Below, one piece after another: positions 1 through 13,163 of a stretch of 64,000 nt of DNA. Source of the DNA: Eledone cirrhosa (lineage: Eukaryota); the NCBI GenBank assembly GCA_964016885.1, contig OZ024743.1:38998001-39062000 (forward strand), written 5' to 3'. The stretch's first letter is position 1, and every line of letters begins with the position of its first letter. A program made the translations under genes and the position numbers. The notes under the pieces were generated by a model. That model was not told the DNA's origin. It saw nothing but the letters and a program-made list of their open reading frames with translations, and made no database searches.

Positions 1-81
1 ATATATATATATATATAAATAATTAATATCTAGTAACATATATTTACATACAGATGCATGTCAATGCTAGCAAATATATAG

Positions 82-166
82 ATTTCCCTGACGATGGAAT
101 GCTTCTCTGTATCTTCTTCGGAAAAAAATATATTTATTCCATTCCAGAAACTAGTTAGTTGGAAGT
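82..166 (+). ncRNA. Type I hammerhead ribozyme motif in a TA-flanked insert
   Basis: Stem I ATTTCC(82-87)/GGAAGT(161-166); core CTGACGA(88-94); stem II TGGAATG/CATTCCA (7 bp perfect, ~38 nt loop); GAAA(147-150); stem III ACTA/TAGT; GUU site. Confidence 0.7.
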
Positions 167-211
167 GATATTTTAGTAAGTAAGTTAATTTTATAATTTT
201 CTTATTTTACG

Positions 212-243
<32 letters not shown>

Positions 244-250
244 GTGTATA

Positions 251-329
<79 letters not shown>

Positions 330-1665
330 GGGATAACAAATTATCTATATAGGTAATCCCCTTAGATGTAGTCCAGTTAGAGTACTCCGAGTAGTGGATA
401 GTATTAACGCTTGTCTAAGTTTGACTCAACAAAACGTTTCCATAGTGATGCTGCGAGTACGCGGTGATGTCTATGTAGTTTACACTTGGAGAAATAATAA
501 ATTAAGAAAGAAGAGTGACATGGTTTGCTATACAATACGGGCTTTATTCACATTGTTGACAATTATTTCTCTGAAATGGTAGGTCCAGAGATCGCTACCC
601 GCCTGTTTTTGCGTCAATCGATCACCAATACTTTGTTATAACCAGTCTATTCTTCAGAGCATGCGCGAATGAAGGATATACACAGGCATGGCTACTATAT
701 ATAGTAGTGGTATTAAATCAGAACAATAATAACAATACTCAAATAAATTAGCTAGATAGTAAATAATTAAAACAATCACAACATCAATCTAAGTAAGAAA
801 TAGTGTATAATGATGACCTTAGCATGTAAAACGAACTGATACGAAACAGATGTATGAAATTGACATGTGAAAGCTGTCATGGGGTACACTAGATATAGTG
901 CAGAGGTGGCAAAGAGATAACTTGGGGCCTGGAATTATGGACTATCTGCTTTACTGAATATTTCCTGGCCGTCAGATGATGATTAATTTATTATCTGACA
1001 GATAAAATATTTTCATTGTTGTGAGGATGTTAATTTTTATGTGGTGTAAAGTGGAGTTGTAGATTCGTTATTTAAGTGGCCTATATTAGATGTAGGGATT
1101 GTTAGTTCGAATCATGGGGGTTTAGCTTTCACAGCGTCAATAATAAATCGTGCATGAATAAGACAAGAATAACAACAACAGTAGTAAAGAAAGCAAGGTA
1201 TATATAGAGAACATGATGAATACTATTACGGAGACATTGGAGTGTTCATTATAACAACAGGAGGAAAGTGATATTTCAAGGACTGTAACTTTCACATGTC
1301 AATTTCATACATCTGTATCGTATCAGTTCGTTTTACATGCTAAGGTCATCATTATACTCTATGTCTTACTTAGCTTGATGTTGTAATTGTTTTAACTATT
1401 TACTATCTAGCTAATTTATTTGAGTATTGTTATTATTGTTCTGATATAATACCACTACTATATATAGTAGCCATGCCTGTGTATATCCTTCCATCTCGAA
1501 TGCTCTGATGAATAGACTGGTTATAACAAAGTATTGGTGATCGATTGACGCAGAATCAGGCGGGTAGCGATCTCTAGACCTACGAGTTCAGAGAAACAAT
1601 TGTCAGCAATGTGAATAAAGCCCTTATTGTATAGCAAACCACGTCACTCTTCTTTCTTGATTTAT
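330..1665 (-). mobile_element. Non-coding 3' end (pLTR) of a Naiad-like PLE with an inverted duplication, inserted in (TA)n
   Basis: The reverse complement of 330-1140 matches 47270-48105, the 3' region of the PLE at 45790. 500-885 is repeated in inverted orientation at 1280-1665. Both sides are (TA)n. Confidence 0.8.
1501..1608 (+). ncRNA. HHR-like motif with long stem II insert (copies at ~553-662 minus and ~47773-47880 plus)
   Basis: TGCT-CTGATGA ... GAAACAATTGTC-AGCA: stem I TGCT/AGCA, palindromic stem III ACAATTGT, GUC site. Basal pairing of stem II is unclear. Confidence 0.5.
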
Positions 1666-1704
<39 letters not shown>

Positions 1705-2219
1705 TATATATATATATATATATATCTAAGGCGGGTAAAATTCCCGAGATCCATGGACGAGTTCTCTCCAGCGGTCTCTGTCCCTCATTATCGCTGCCAT
1801 ATCCCGCGTTTTTGTTTACATATTCGCCTGTGATGAAACACCTCTTTAATCCAATATATCCACCTCTTCCTCGATTCTCTGCAAAATCTCTGCAATATCC
1901 ATCGTAATCAATTGTTTGGCACACATTTGATCTGCAGCATGCATCAAAGTGTGGGGCAAGTACTACAGTTACAAAGATTATATGCATATTTTTGATCGTC
2001 AGCTTATCTCCCTAGGAACTAGGTCACAACCCAACTCCAGAAAGCGCATCATGATAATTGAATCAAGGCTGATCGCATGCGAACGCTTGAGAATTTGAAT
2101 ATGTGGAATGTTCTCCTTCCATAAAATTCTAAAGATACGTGATAGACTTCTGGCCTTGTTCTCCATCGACTAGAAACAATATTTATGTTCCTCCTTCTAT
2201 ATAAACTCTGGTTGCGTAT

Positions 2220-2240
2220 GAGGGAGAGAGGGTGGAGAGG

Positions 2241-2317
<77 letters not shown>

Positions 2318-2410
2318 TGAGAGAGTGAGAAAACATAAAAGAGAGAGAAAGTGAGAGAGAGAGAAAACATAAAAGAGCGAGAAAGAGAGAGAGAAGGAGA
2401 GAGAGAGTGT
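2220..2410. repeat. (GA)n microsatellite
   Basis: Long GA dinucleotide tract. Confidence 0.95.
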
Positions 2411-2674
2411 GTGTGTGGAAGACATAGGGCGAGAGTGAAGCATGTGATATCATAGACTATTTTCTGGTTTAGACAATGGAAGCATTGGTTAATTGTTTAT
2501 TTTTTGAGATATCATTTCATTTTAAATCAATGGGGAATAAAGTAACTTCAAAGACAAACCTACTCGGGCTTTGTCAATTTCTTATTTCTTATTCCTAACA
2601 TGTTGTAACTTAATAAACGGTAACAATTAATAAATATGTTGCAGCTGTATGTATATATATATATAAGATAGCAT

Positions 2675-3032
2675 TAAAGTTTGCTTGAAGTATTGTCGAA
2701 TGTTAAAAATAATGGTTTTGGAATCTTCAAGAATGCAGATATGAAAATATCCGGGTAACAAATCAGTTGGTAATGAAAGAGAGAGATGTAAGTGGAAGTG
2801 TAGTAGGAGACGCAGAGAGTGTAAAAGAACGTAGGAAAATTGTAAAAAGTAATAACATTAGATATAGTTACGTTAGAAACGATTTTATAGCCCCTATATT
2901 TCTGATTTCACATACACCAATAGGCGACTTTCGGAGAAGGACAACACGTAGCCTTCGTTGTTTGCCGTGTGCGTACAACTGAAATACGGTATCGGAGATT
3001 TACCCATCTACATTGTTGTGGCTTCCAAAACG

Positions 3033-3035
<3 letters not shown>
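2675..3035 (-). mobile_element. Diverged 3'-end fragment of the PLE family at 9520-11730, with a short inverted arm
   Basis: Similar to 9530-9790 (TCCGGGTAACAA...GAGAGAGATGTAAGTG...CCCTATATTTCTGATT). 2990-3032 is the inverted terminus. Confidence 0.6.
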
Positions 3036-3120
<85 letters not shown>

Positions 3121-3121
<1 letters not shown>

Positions 3122-3233
3122 GGAAAATGTTTGACCCCGACGGCAGAGCTCAAGCCGTTTCGACGGCTATATCTGGAGTACTGAGTACTCCCGTGCATTT
3201 TGGTCTATTTGGTTCCTTACCACACCTCCTTCG

Positions 3234-3236
<3 letters not shown>
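3121..3236. mobile_element. Short TA-embedded repeat related to 48146-48292 and 55810-56030
   Basis: Shares GAGCTC(A)GCCGTTTCGAC and GAGTACTC...ATTTGGTTCCTTACC..CACYTCCTT motifs with those loci. Confidence 0.6.
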
Positions 3237-3316
<80 letters not shown>

Positions 3317-3468
3317 TGTAAGAGGGATGTTAACCTATATAGCGTTCTTTCTAGATTTTGCGACGAGGCTAAGCATGCCACGGTGGTCACAAACTTAAAC
3401 ATTCATAGCGGTAAGCTATTATCTATCTTTCATAATCATCTTGTATATTATTCGATATACAACACTTT

Positions 3469-3560
<92 letters not shown>

Positions 3561-4866
3561 CAGGGTGGGGCATAAAAACTGTTAAAAAATAAAATGCAAA
3601 TAGTTCTTGAAAAAAACATTTATTTCAAGATCTGACTTCAACAAATTGTAAGTAATATACTATTATAAACAACTGCACACAAATTTAGTCGAAATGCTTT
3701 CCTCTAACTCTCACCATCGCTGGAAGTCTTCTAGGAAAGTCTTCGATGACTGCACGAACAGTTTCCATGGGTATTTTCTCCCATACTTTATTCAGTTTTT
3801 ATTTCAGAGTTTCAATATTTTGGCTAGGAGTAGAGCAGGCTTCACTCTCAATAATTGACCATAAGGAAAAATCGAGAGAGTTGAGATCTGGTGATGTGGG
3901 AGGCCACTCTTCCCTACTGATCCATGCAGGACAATGGTCTCTACACAACTGTTGTGTTATGCAAGCAGTGTGGCTCGTCGCTCCATCTTGTTGGAGAGTC
4001 CTAATGTCATCGCCATAAACAGATATGCACCATGGCATCAGTGCTCCTTCCAAAATATCATTTATGCAAACTTCTTTGTTAATTTTAACTCCTTGAGGCA
4101 TAAAAATCAGGGGAGACTTACCTCTTTTAGAAATGGCTGCCCAAATCATCATTGATGCTGGTTTCTGTGTTCTGAACACTTTTCCTACACTTGAAGGAAT
4201 TGATTTGAGACTTTTTGCAAGTACTCGATCATTTTGATGATTGTGAGACTGCTGCACAGTGAATAAGTTCTCATCTGTAAAGATGATGTTTTGCAGCGTG
4301 CCATCCTTGATACAGTTCAATAACAGTTTAATTCTGGAGAGCCTCTTTTCAATTGTGGCTGCAGAAAGAAGCTGCCTCTTTTGGAACTTATAGGGTGACA
4401 TCCCCAGATCATCTCAACATATCCTCCGCATAGTTCTCGGCGATGTTTCTGCTTCTTCTGCCATTTTTCTCATGGACCTTCTTGGATTACGCCTTATTTT
4501 TTCCGTCACACTTCTAACGAGTTTTGGTGTTCTTGAGGTGCGGGGGCGTCTGGGTCGAGGTCTATCTTTGATCGAGGAAGTTTCCTTAAATCGATCAATT
4601 GTCCTTTTGATCAACATTCTATTGATCTTAAGAATTTCCCCCAGTTTAAATATCTCGGGTCGAGTCAGGCCTTTTTCATGCTTCTCTATTATGAACTTTC
4701 TTTTCAATTCTATGGCCATTGCAAATTGTTAATGGAGTAATGTTCTGAAAAATAGTTAATATGGTTATAGTGCATGGATTTGATACAAATATATTAGTTA
4801 TTTTAGCAACACAATGTATTTTTAAATTGATTTAAAACTTTGTAACAGGAATTATGCCCCACCCTG
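3561..4866 (-). mobile_element. Full-length Tc1/mariner superfamily transposon, DD37D (maT-type)
   Basis: TIRs CAGGGTGGGGCATAA..CTGTTA(3561-) / TAACAGGAATTATGCCCCACCCTG(-4866); TA flanks inside (TA)n; internal transposase. Confidence 0.93.
3685..4719 (-). pseudogene. DD37D transposase with two in-frame stop codons
   Basis: N-terminal HTH region (RPRPRRPRTSRT...RRNPRRSMRKMA); catalytic IFTDE, QQDGATSH, WPPTSPDLNSLD with 37 residues between D2 and D3. Stops at ~4414 and ~3799 lie in one continuous frame that ends GKHFD*. Confidence 0.9.
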
Positions 4867-5067
4867 TATATATATATATATATATACAATAATGAGAGGT
4901 ATACAGATATATGTGCATACATACATATACATGTATATATAAACATATATTTTTCACAAGTATGTGACATTGTATTTTGTCGACCTTAACCAGTGTTGCT
5001 CTATGATTATGTGAGACAAGATAATCGAAATAATTAAATTGAAACAATAGCAGAGCTATGTAAAATA

Positions 5068-5168
5068 TTATAAAATAAGAAGGAATAATAGACATAATAT
5101 ACCTATTTTTTTTTAGTCCCAAGAAAAAAATAGGTATATTGTGTCTATGATTCCTTCTTATTTTATAT
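5068..5168. repeat. ~100 bp hairpin (inverted repeat) next to (TA)n
   Basis: TATAAAATAAGAAGGAATAATAGACATAATATACCTATTTTTTT versus AAAAAAATAGGTATATTGTGTCTATGATTCCTTCTTATTTTATA. Confidence 0.85.
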
Positions 5169-5270
5169 ATATATATATATGTATGTAAAAGTTATACAGA
5201 TATATCAACACAATCGGTAGAGTATATGGAAGCTATATATTAGGTTAACGCTTGATATAGCAAGAAAATG

Positions 5271-5308
5271 TTCTTAACGTTTCGAACGCTAGTCCTTCAT
5301 CAGAAGAA
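5271..5308 (-). ncRNA. Minimal type I hammerhead ribozyme motif
   Basis: Reverse complement reads TTCTT-CTGATGA-AGGACTAGCGTTC-GAAA-CGTT-AAGAA: perfect stem I, short stem II, palindromic AACGTT stem III. Confidence 0.7.
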
Positions 5309-6757
5309 ATAATGAGAAATAAAAGAGATTGAGGGGACGGGTGGGATGGAGTTGGAAAAAATGTCTTTAGATAAACAAATATCAGGTCCATTCATGTTGA
5401 CATCTCTTGCAAAACTATTGGTGCTGGTGTTTTGTGTAAGATTTGTTTTTTTTAAATTGGATGATGGCGCGCGTCTACCTGGAATGAAAAAAAAACGTTT
5501 TGTATAAAGAGCTATACTTGAGCACGTGCGGAAGCATGAGTGTGTGTGTGTGTGTTTGTGTGTGTGTTATTATAGTACGAAGCTAAGAATAAATGTGTGT
5601 GTGTATATGTGAGTAAAAGAGTGCGTGGGCATGTAAGTACGAAGCTATGAGCAATATATATATATATAAATATATATATAATGTGTGTGTGTGTGTGTGT
5701 AAATCTACATATTTATACGTGCATTTATGAATGTAAACAAGTATGAATTGCTGCATTGGATTATTGATAGTATGTAAGAATATTGATAGAATGTTGACCG
5801 GTTCCTTCAAAACAGTTGTAAATTACTATACATTTCTTCAGGAATTTTGGTTGCAACTCTCTAATCATAACTTTGCTTATTATAATTTGAATATTGTAAA
5901 TTTCAATGCACACGAAGTATGCATATACATATATAAAGTATACATATATATAAAGTATACATATACATATATAAAGGATGGTGTGCTCATGTGTAAAGAT
6001 GTTATGAATTGGCTTATGATGTAGGGTAAATTGCTTAATATACGGAACAAAGAAGTTGCCTTTGCCTCTATGAAGAGTTGAACATTATATCCCCCAAATC
6101 CAGGCGTTGCGGTTCAAACCATTACACTACGAGTCCATGACGCATCTTTGCCGTCTTTTTAAGTAGATAGCTCCTTAATAGCGTTCGGACATTAGCAGGC
6201 AGATAAGCAAAAACACATTCCTGTATAAAGAAACAATACACCTAGCCGATCTCTCAAAATTTAAAGCGTTGGGTGGGGATATAGAATTAATTTAAAGAAT
6301 GTTGTGCGCATAGATGCTATAAAATAACTTATAAATAGGAGGGAAGCCCTTAAAATACCGACAAAAATTTACCACCTGTCACTATCAGGAATTGAATATC
6401 ATATTACTCAGAATCCGGCAGACATACGTTTTCAATTTATTCAAATCAATTCCGAACATCTAAATGGCAAGGTAAATTGAAAGGCATAGTCCGAAAGATT
6501 TCACAAAATTCTGTTTGATTACGATTATAAATTTTTAAAACCAATTTTCATCTTCCCGATATGACCTGTCGTTAAACGATGATAAATAAGAACGTGGTTT
6601 AAAATTGAATATACATTGCAAATTATCTAATCGAATCTGATAGGCGCAAATCTTGTTGAACTCTACCACTATACCAATATTGGAATTAGAATATGTCATA
6701 AAAATGAATCTATATGTACATATACAGTATATCTATATCTATCTATCTATCTATCTA

Positions 6758-6810
<53 letters not shown>

Positions 6811-6812
<2 letters not shown>

Positions 6813-7430
6813 CGGCCTGATTTGCATACTAGCTGACGGGCTGATCAGTCAAATCTGCATATTAGCAGATCCACTAAACAGCCAGATTTGCATAACAGCA
6901 GACTACTGACATGGCCATAAAATTGAGGCTTGTTTGCATAATTGCAAACGAATCAAATGTTATTATTAATATTCGAAAAACTCAGATTACTTATATTGTA
7001 TTCAGCCATGTAGAGAGAAATTTTCTTTTTTGTTTGAATTTGCAAACCCGGCCATTTGTCGCTCGTATACAGGAAACTGACTGGCCAGTGTGCTGATATG
7101 AAAATCTGGCTGATCAGTGGATCTGCTAATATGCAGATCTGACTCATCAGCCAGTCTGCTAATATGCAAATGAGGCGGATCAGTCACTGTGTATATTTGA
7201 AAATAGCATATATTTTCACTAACTCTGAGAATTTTCAGGTGAACAGGGAGCTGTACTGATGAAGGGTCATACCCAGAAAAATTAGTGTCTGCAGTTCAGT
7301 TTGCATGCCAACATAAGAGCAAGAATGAATTGTTCATTCTACTGACATGGCTATGAATTTGAGGCTCGTTGGCATAATTGCAAACGAATCGAATGTTATT
7401 ACTAATATTCGAGAAACTCAGATTATATTT
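6811..7430. mobile_element. TA-embedded composite insert: inverted repeat with ~32 bp subrepeats, an HHR and a duplicated 90 bp tail
   Basis: 6811-6900 is inverted relative to 7090-7182; 6903-6990 is repeated directly at 7339-7428; HHR at 7248-7297. Confidence 0.7.
7248..7297 (+). ncRNA. Type I hammerhead ribozyme motif
   Basis: Stem I GAGCTGTA/TGCAGTTC (8 bp including GU); CTGATGA; stem II GGGT/ACCC; GAAA; AATTAGTGTC (degenerate ACACTAGTGT palindrome); GUC site. Confidence 0.72.
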
Positions 7431-7445
7431 AAATATATATATATA

Positions 7446-8408
<963 letters not shown>

Positions 8409-8557
8409 GTGTTTAGATGAATTAATAATATAGCCATGCAAAGAGAAAGTCTAGTACAAAGCACAAATGTGATTTTATAGTCCACAACGAGAAGAAATAC
8501 AGTTCACAGTTTAATCGGCAAACTTCGAATCACAGTTGTTTTACAATATCATAGAAC

Positions 8558-8620
<63 letters not shown>

Positions 8621-8814
8621 TAGATAGATAAATCTACCAAAATATACGGTAGAGTCCAATCCGTATGAATAACTCAATGTAATCCATATATCATTTAAAG
8701 AGAAGATGCATTCAAATATTTTCGATGAAAATCATAGGAAAACAGAGTCAAGATAAATTAATTAAAACAATGAAGGAAAAACAAAGAAGAAATTCTTTAT
8801 ATTTAAACATTCAT

Positions 8815-8942
8815 CATTTTACGATCGTTTCTACGATGTATATGTGTGTTGGTATGTATATAATATAGATCTATGTAAAAATATTACACATTATCAGAGG
8901 AAATATACATACCTTTACATATACAAGCTGTCTTCAGAAATG
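8815..8942 (-). ncRNA. Type I hammerhead ribozyme motif with ~100 nt stem II
   Basis: Reverse complement: CATTT-CTGAAGA-..TGTATATGT....ACATATACA..-GAAA-CGATCGTA-AAATG. Perfect stem I, palindromic stem III ACGATCGT, GUA site. It lies in an insert with inverted arms 8790-8850 / 8945-9010. Confidence 0.68.
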
Positions 8943-9022
8943 AAGACACATATACATACTAGAAACGATCGTAACATGATGAAATTTTAATATAAAGAAC
9001 TTGTTCCTTGTTTCTATTAATT

Positions 9023-9102
<80 letters not shown>

Positions 9103-9124
9103 GAATGAATAAACAATATTCGAG

Positions 9125-9402
9125 AGTGAATTAAACCATTTAATTGATAGAGGAACGTTTCGATTAACGTAAAAGGAATATTCGTTCCTGCTATAATAAT
9201 CACTCTAGAATATATTAAATAATATTAATATTTAACAACACATGTCAAAAGACAAAAGGTGCTCATCTCTGGTTGATGCTCATATCATGTGTTGGTGAAT
9301 ATTAATATTATTTCATATATTCTGATCAACTTAATGTATCAAGTCTAAATATTCCTGTTAAGTTAATCGAAAAGCTCGTCAATCATTTAATTGGTTTAAT
9401 TT
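9125..9402. repeat. Degenerate ~280 bp fold-back between (TA)n tracts with a decayed HHR-like motif (9317-9385)
   Basis: AATTAAACCA..TTCGATTAAC..GGAATATT..GAATATAT.AAATAATATTAATATT is mirrored on the right. The right arm has CTGATCA, a stem ACTTAA/TTAAGT, and GAAAAGCTCGTC. Confidence 0.6.
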
Positions 9403-9453
9403 AATTTAATCCCGGTTATATTTATATATTTATTCACGCATACACATACCCCC

Positions 9454-9520
<67 letters not shown>

Positions 9521-9522
<2 letters not shown>

Positions 9523-11730
9523 AGTATTGAAGTTTGCTTGAAGCCTTGTGGAATAATAATGTATATTTCTTTATGTCGTTTTAGAAGCCTCAACAATGCA
9601 GATGGATAAATCTCCGGGTAACAAGATCCGGTGATGGAGAGAGAGATGTAAGTGAATGTAGGTTGAGATGTGTAGTGTGTAGAAGAGTGTAGGAAAGAGC
9701 GTATAAGGATAAAAATAATAACACGAGATAGAGTTACCTTGGGAAAGATTTAATCGACCCTATATATTTCTGATTCAATCCATCAACTGGGTTTTTTCCG
9801 GGGGGGGGGCCCTTTTGTCTGTCGGAAAGCTGCGAAACGTGTCTTCCGCTGTTCGTAGCTTTGAATATCTGAGGTATTCAGCAGAGCGCGCGTGCGCGTG
9901 AAATGGGGTCAGTCATGCAGAGGTGGGTGACCGAAATAGTTCTTTCAATTGTGGGAGTGGGGCGGCGTTAGCTGTCATTCCATTGTATTATCTGCCCTTT
10001 TGAATAGTGTCTGGTTGTGATAGTATTCTCTGCCTGTTTGTGAATGTTACTCTGTGTGTGTGTGCGTGTGTTGTGTCTCGCATGAGTGTGTGTGTGCGTG
10101 TGTTGTTGCCTCGTTCGTCTGTATTAGCAGTGTAGTATGTTCGTATGGTGGAATGCTACTGTGTGTGTGTGCGTGTGTTGCTGTCTCGCTTGTGTGAGTG
10201 TGTGTGTGCGTGTGTTGCTGCACCGTTTGTTTACTTAAACGAAACACCTCATTTCGCTTCTCTCGGATCGGTTATTTATTTGTGACCCTAGGTGTTTGAT
10301 CCAAAGTGCTTCCTTGATTCGTAATGTGCCGACGTTTCTTTCTGTCGCTAGAATTGCGACAATGGGCCTTCCGTCTTTGTTTCCGCATTTGGTTAAGTGT
10401 TTCCGGAAAGACGAGGCGCTGGTGTTAATGTGCTCCTTGATCCGGATGTGTAGCGGCCGGTTTGTGCTACCTATATAGTAGTGTTTGCACTTGTTACATT
10501 CTATCTCATACACGACCTATGTGCGTAGGCAACAGTTCGTATGGCGCATCGGGCAGTTTCTGAGGGAGCACGCATCAGTTGATTTCTCTGGTTTCCTGGA
10601 GAGGCATCTTCGCAGGGATGGGCCCGAGTGGGCCAGGTGGATGTCGAGGCCCTCCCTCTGTATAGCCTTGCGGATAGCGTTGGTGGTATTCTCGCTCAGG
10701 TGTGGTATTTTAAGGAAGCACTTGCCTTGGGTGTTTCTCTGCTTCTTGTGTCTGGTGTCTCTTATTCTGTTTGTGAGTGAGGCAGGGTACCCATTCGTCT
10801 CCAACCCTTCGATAAATCGATTGGTATGAGTGACACCACTGCATCTGTTTTTGATTCGCGTGATCTCTTTCGTGATGTATCCTCTTTTAGCACGGTTGGG
10901 GAGGCCGGATTTGTAGTGGACGAAAAGTTCCCTGCAGGCTGCCTTTCGGTAGAAGTTGTAGTGGATTCCTCCCTATTCCGTGATGTTGATTCGGAGGTCG
11001 TGGAGGGCAAGCGACTCGTTGTCGCTAGTGTGTTGTTGAACGTCTCATAGATTTTGTTCGCCATGTCTTGGAAATATGTGAGGATGAGGATATCGTCCAC
11101 GTACCTTGAGATAAAGGCGACGGCGTTGGGTAGCAGGTGTTGAGTGCTTTGCGCTCGACGCTGTCCATGTATGAGATCGCTAGCACTCCCGACAAGCTTG
11201 AGCCCATGGGCAGTCCCGAGGTTTGCTGGTATGTTTGGTCAAGGGCTCCGAAGTATGTGTTGTCAATGACGATGGATAAGAATTGGTGGATGTCAGTGGT
11301 GGTGAGCCCGAAGCAGTGTATGTCGGTGGATTGGACGCGTTACATCACTATATTAACGATCGGGAGTGTCGGGACCGATGTGTAGAGAGCGACTACATCA
11401 AGGCTGAAGGCATATATGTTAGCCTTTCTGGTGTCGGGATCCATTTGATGCAGGCGCTCCAACACCTCCTCGGAGCTGTTAACGTGTCCCGGCAAGGTGT
11501 CTAAGATGGGTTTGAGTATTCTGGCTAGGAGCCATGGAATTGTGTAGAGCGGTCCTTCCACTCTCGATACAATGGGCCTTTTCTTCAGGTCGTGTCCCTG
11601 TATGAGGTGGTAGGAGGCGGGTAGTCTGGTGTTCCTCGTGAGGATGTTGTATCTCAGCTTCTTCGGAAACTTCCGCCGGCCGCAGATGTTGGTCCAGGCG
11701 GCGTTGATGTGCTCTCTATATGCGCGGGAG
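9521..11730 (-). mobile_element. 5'-truncated Penelope-like retroelement (Poseidon/Penelope-type), RT + GIY-YIG, frameshifted
   Basis: RT motifs AFSLDVVALYTSVP, GLPMGSSLSGVLAISYMD and RYVDDILIL; GIY-YIG VVYEIECNKCKHYYIGSTNRPLHIRIKEH...LRIKEALWI. GC-rich block flanked by (TA)n. Confidence 0.9.
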
Positions 11731-11732
11731 TG

Positions 11733-11795
<63 letters not shown>

Positions 11796-11910
11796 ATATT
11801 ATGTTCAGCACTCACCCGCCTTAGTTTGTGTAGTTGGTGGTCTGAGTACGGAGTTAATTATTATAAAATAACAGGAGGTTGGACTGGGGTAATTCCTTGA
11901 AAGGTTTATT

Positions 11911-11968
11911 ATACTATGAGCATTTCAATGACCAGGTTCAGTATTAATCCGGTGATATCATCAGGTAT
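11911..11968 (-). ncRNA. Type I hammerhead ribozyme motif
   Basis: Reverse complement: ATAC-CTGATGA-TATCACCGG...CTGGTCATT-GAAA-TGCTCATA-GTAT. Stem I ATAC/GTAT, stem II ACCGG/CTGGT, stem III ATG/CAT, AUA site. Confidence 0.65.
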
Positions 11969-12264
11969 TCGAAATATAACGAAGGAATATAATAGACAAA
12001 ACCCAAGGGCTGAAAATCAGACATGAGGGCGACCGAACATTTAGCAGCTTCTTCCCCGGTCAGCCGCCATCAAGTGGTGATTATTAAGCCTACTTACATC
12101 AATCTGATGAATGGGCGTAGGCTTATAGTGTACTACTACTACCACGTCAAAGAATGAGGCCAACGTTGAGGCCAGGTCACAATCAAGCTGGTCATGCGTG
12201 CTAGAAAGTGCCGCAAAAAATATCAAAGAACATATATTTAACAAATATATATATAGTAATATAT

Positions 12265-12750
12265 AGTAGGCGATTATCCGACGGATGTGGCGGCTTTCCC
12301 GGGTCGATCAGCCTTCCTTGAGTGCTTGGAAAAATAAATTTCCCCCTCTTTCGGAAAAATAAATAATACTCGGAACGGCTGCCTCGCCCTGGGGCCCTGT
12401 CGGACTTGGAACCCGGCGCGACACCGGTTATTGACCGCAAAACACTACCTTTAAATTCTAGGTTTAATCATAGCTTTTATCTTTATCTTGTCTCCTTCCA
12501 CTAGCACTTAACTAAATCCCCCACCACTGTGAATAACTAGTAAACGTTTGGTATATACGAATGCCGGCGAACGGTGGTGGACTTCCCGCTAGCACACCCA
12601 ACGCTTAAGACGGTTAACATTCCTGTAGTGCTCGGAAAAATAAATTTTCATTTCTTTCGCTAGACGATAATATTCGGAACGGCCGACACGACGTTGGGCC
12701 CAGGGCTGCCGGGATCCGCTTCGTGGCTGGTTATTGACTGCTAAGCATGG
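12265..12750. repeat. Diverged tandem duplication (period ~310 bp)
   Basis: GTGCTTGGAAAAATAAATTT..ATAATACTCGGAACGGC..GGTTATTGAC (12321-12436) recurs at 12628-12740. Confidence 0.7.
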
Positions 12751-13017
12751 GCTTAATCTTTACTCTATAATCTACCCTGAAACTTTATCGTGACTATCTA
12801 TAATACACTTAATCTTTTTTCATAAAAGCCTCCATCTGTAAATTCTTTAACTATATCTCACAACTTCAAACCTAAACCTTATTTACCTAATTTCATCTTA
12901 AATGGCATCTTCTAACTCTAAACATACATTTAACGTTTCTAATTGTTAATCGTAATTTCTGTCCATACATTATACCATGCAGACGCCCACTATATATTAC
13001 TTTATAAACCCATACAT

Positions 13018-13079
<62 letters not shown>

Positions 13080-13163
13080 AAAGTTATATTTAAATTGTTG
13101 GGTTACAACTAGTAAATATTTATAACTGATATAAAAGCACTCGACAAATATTTGGAGTATATT

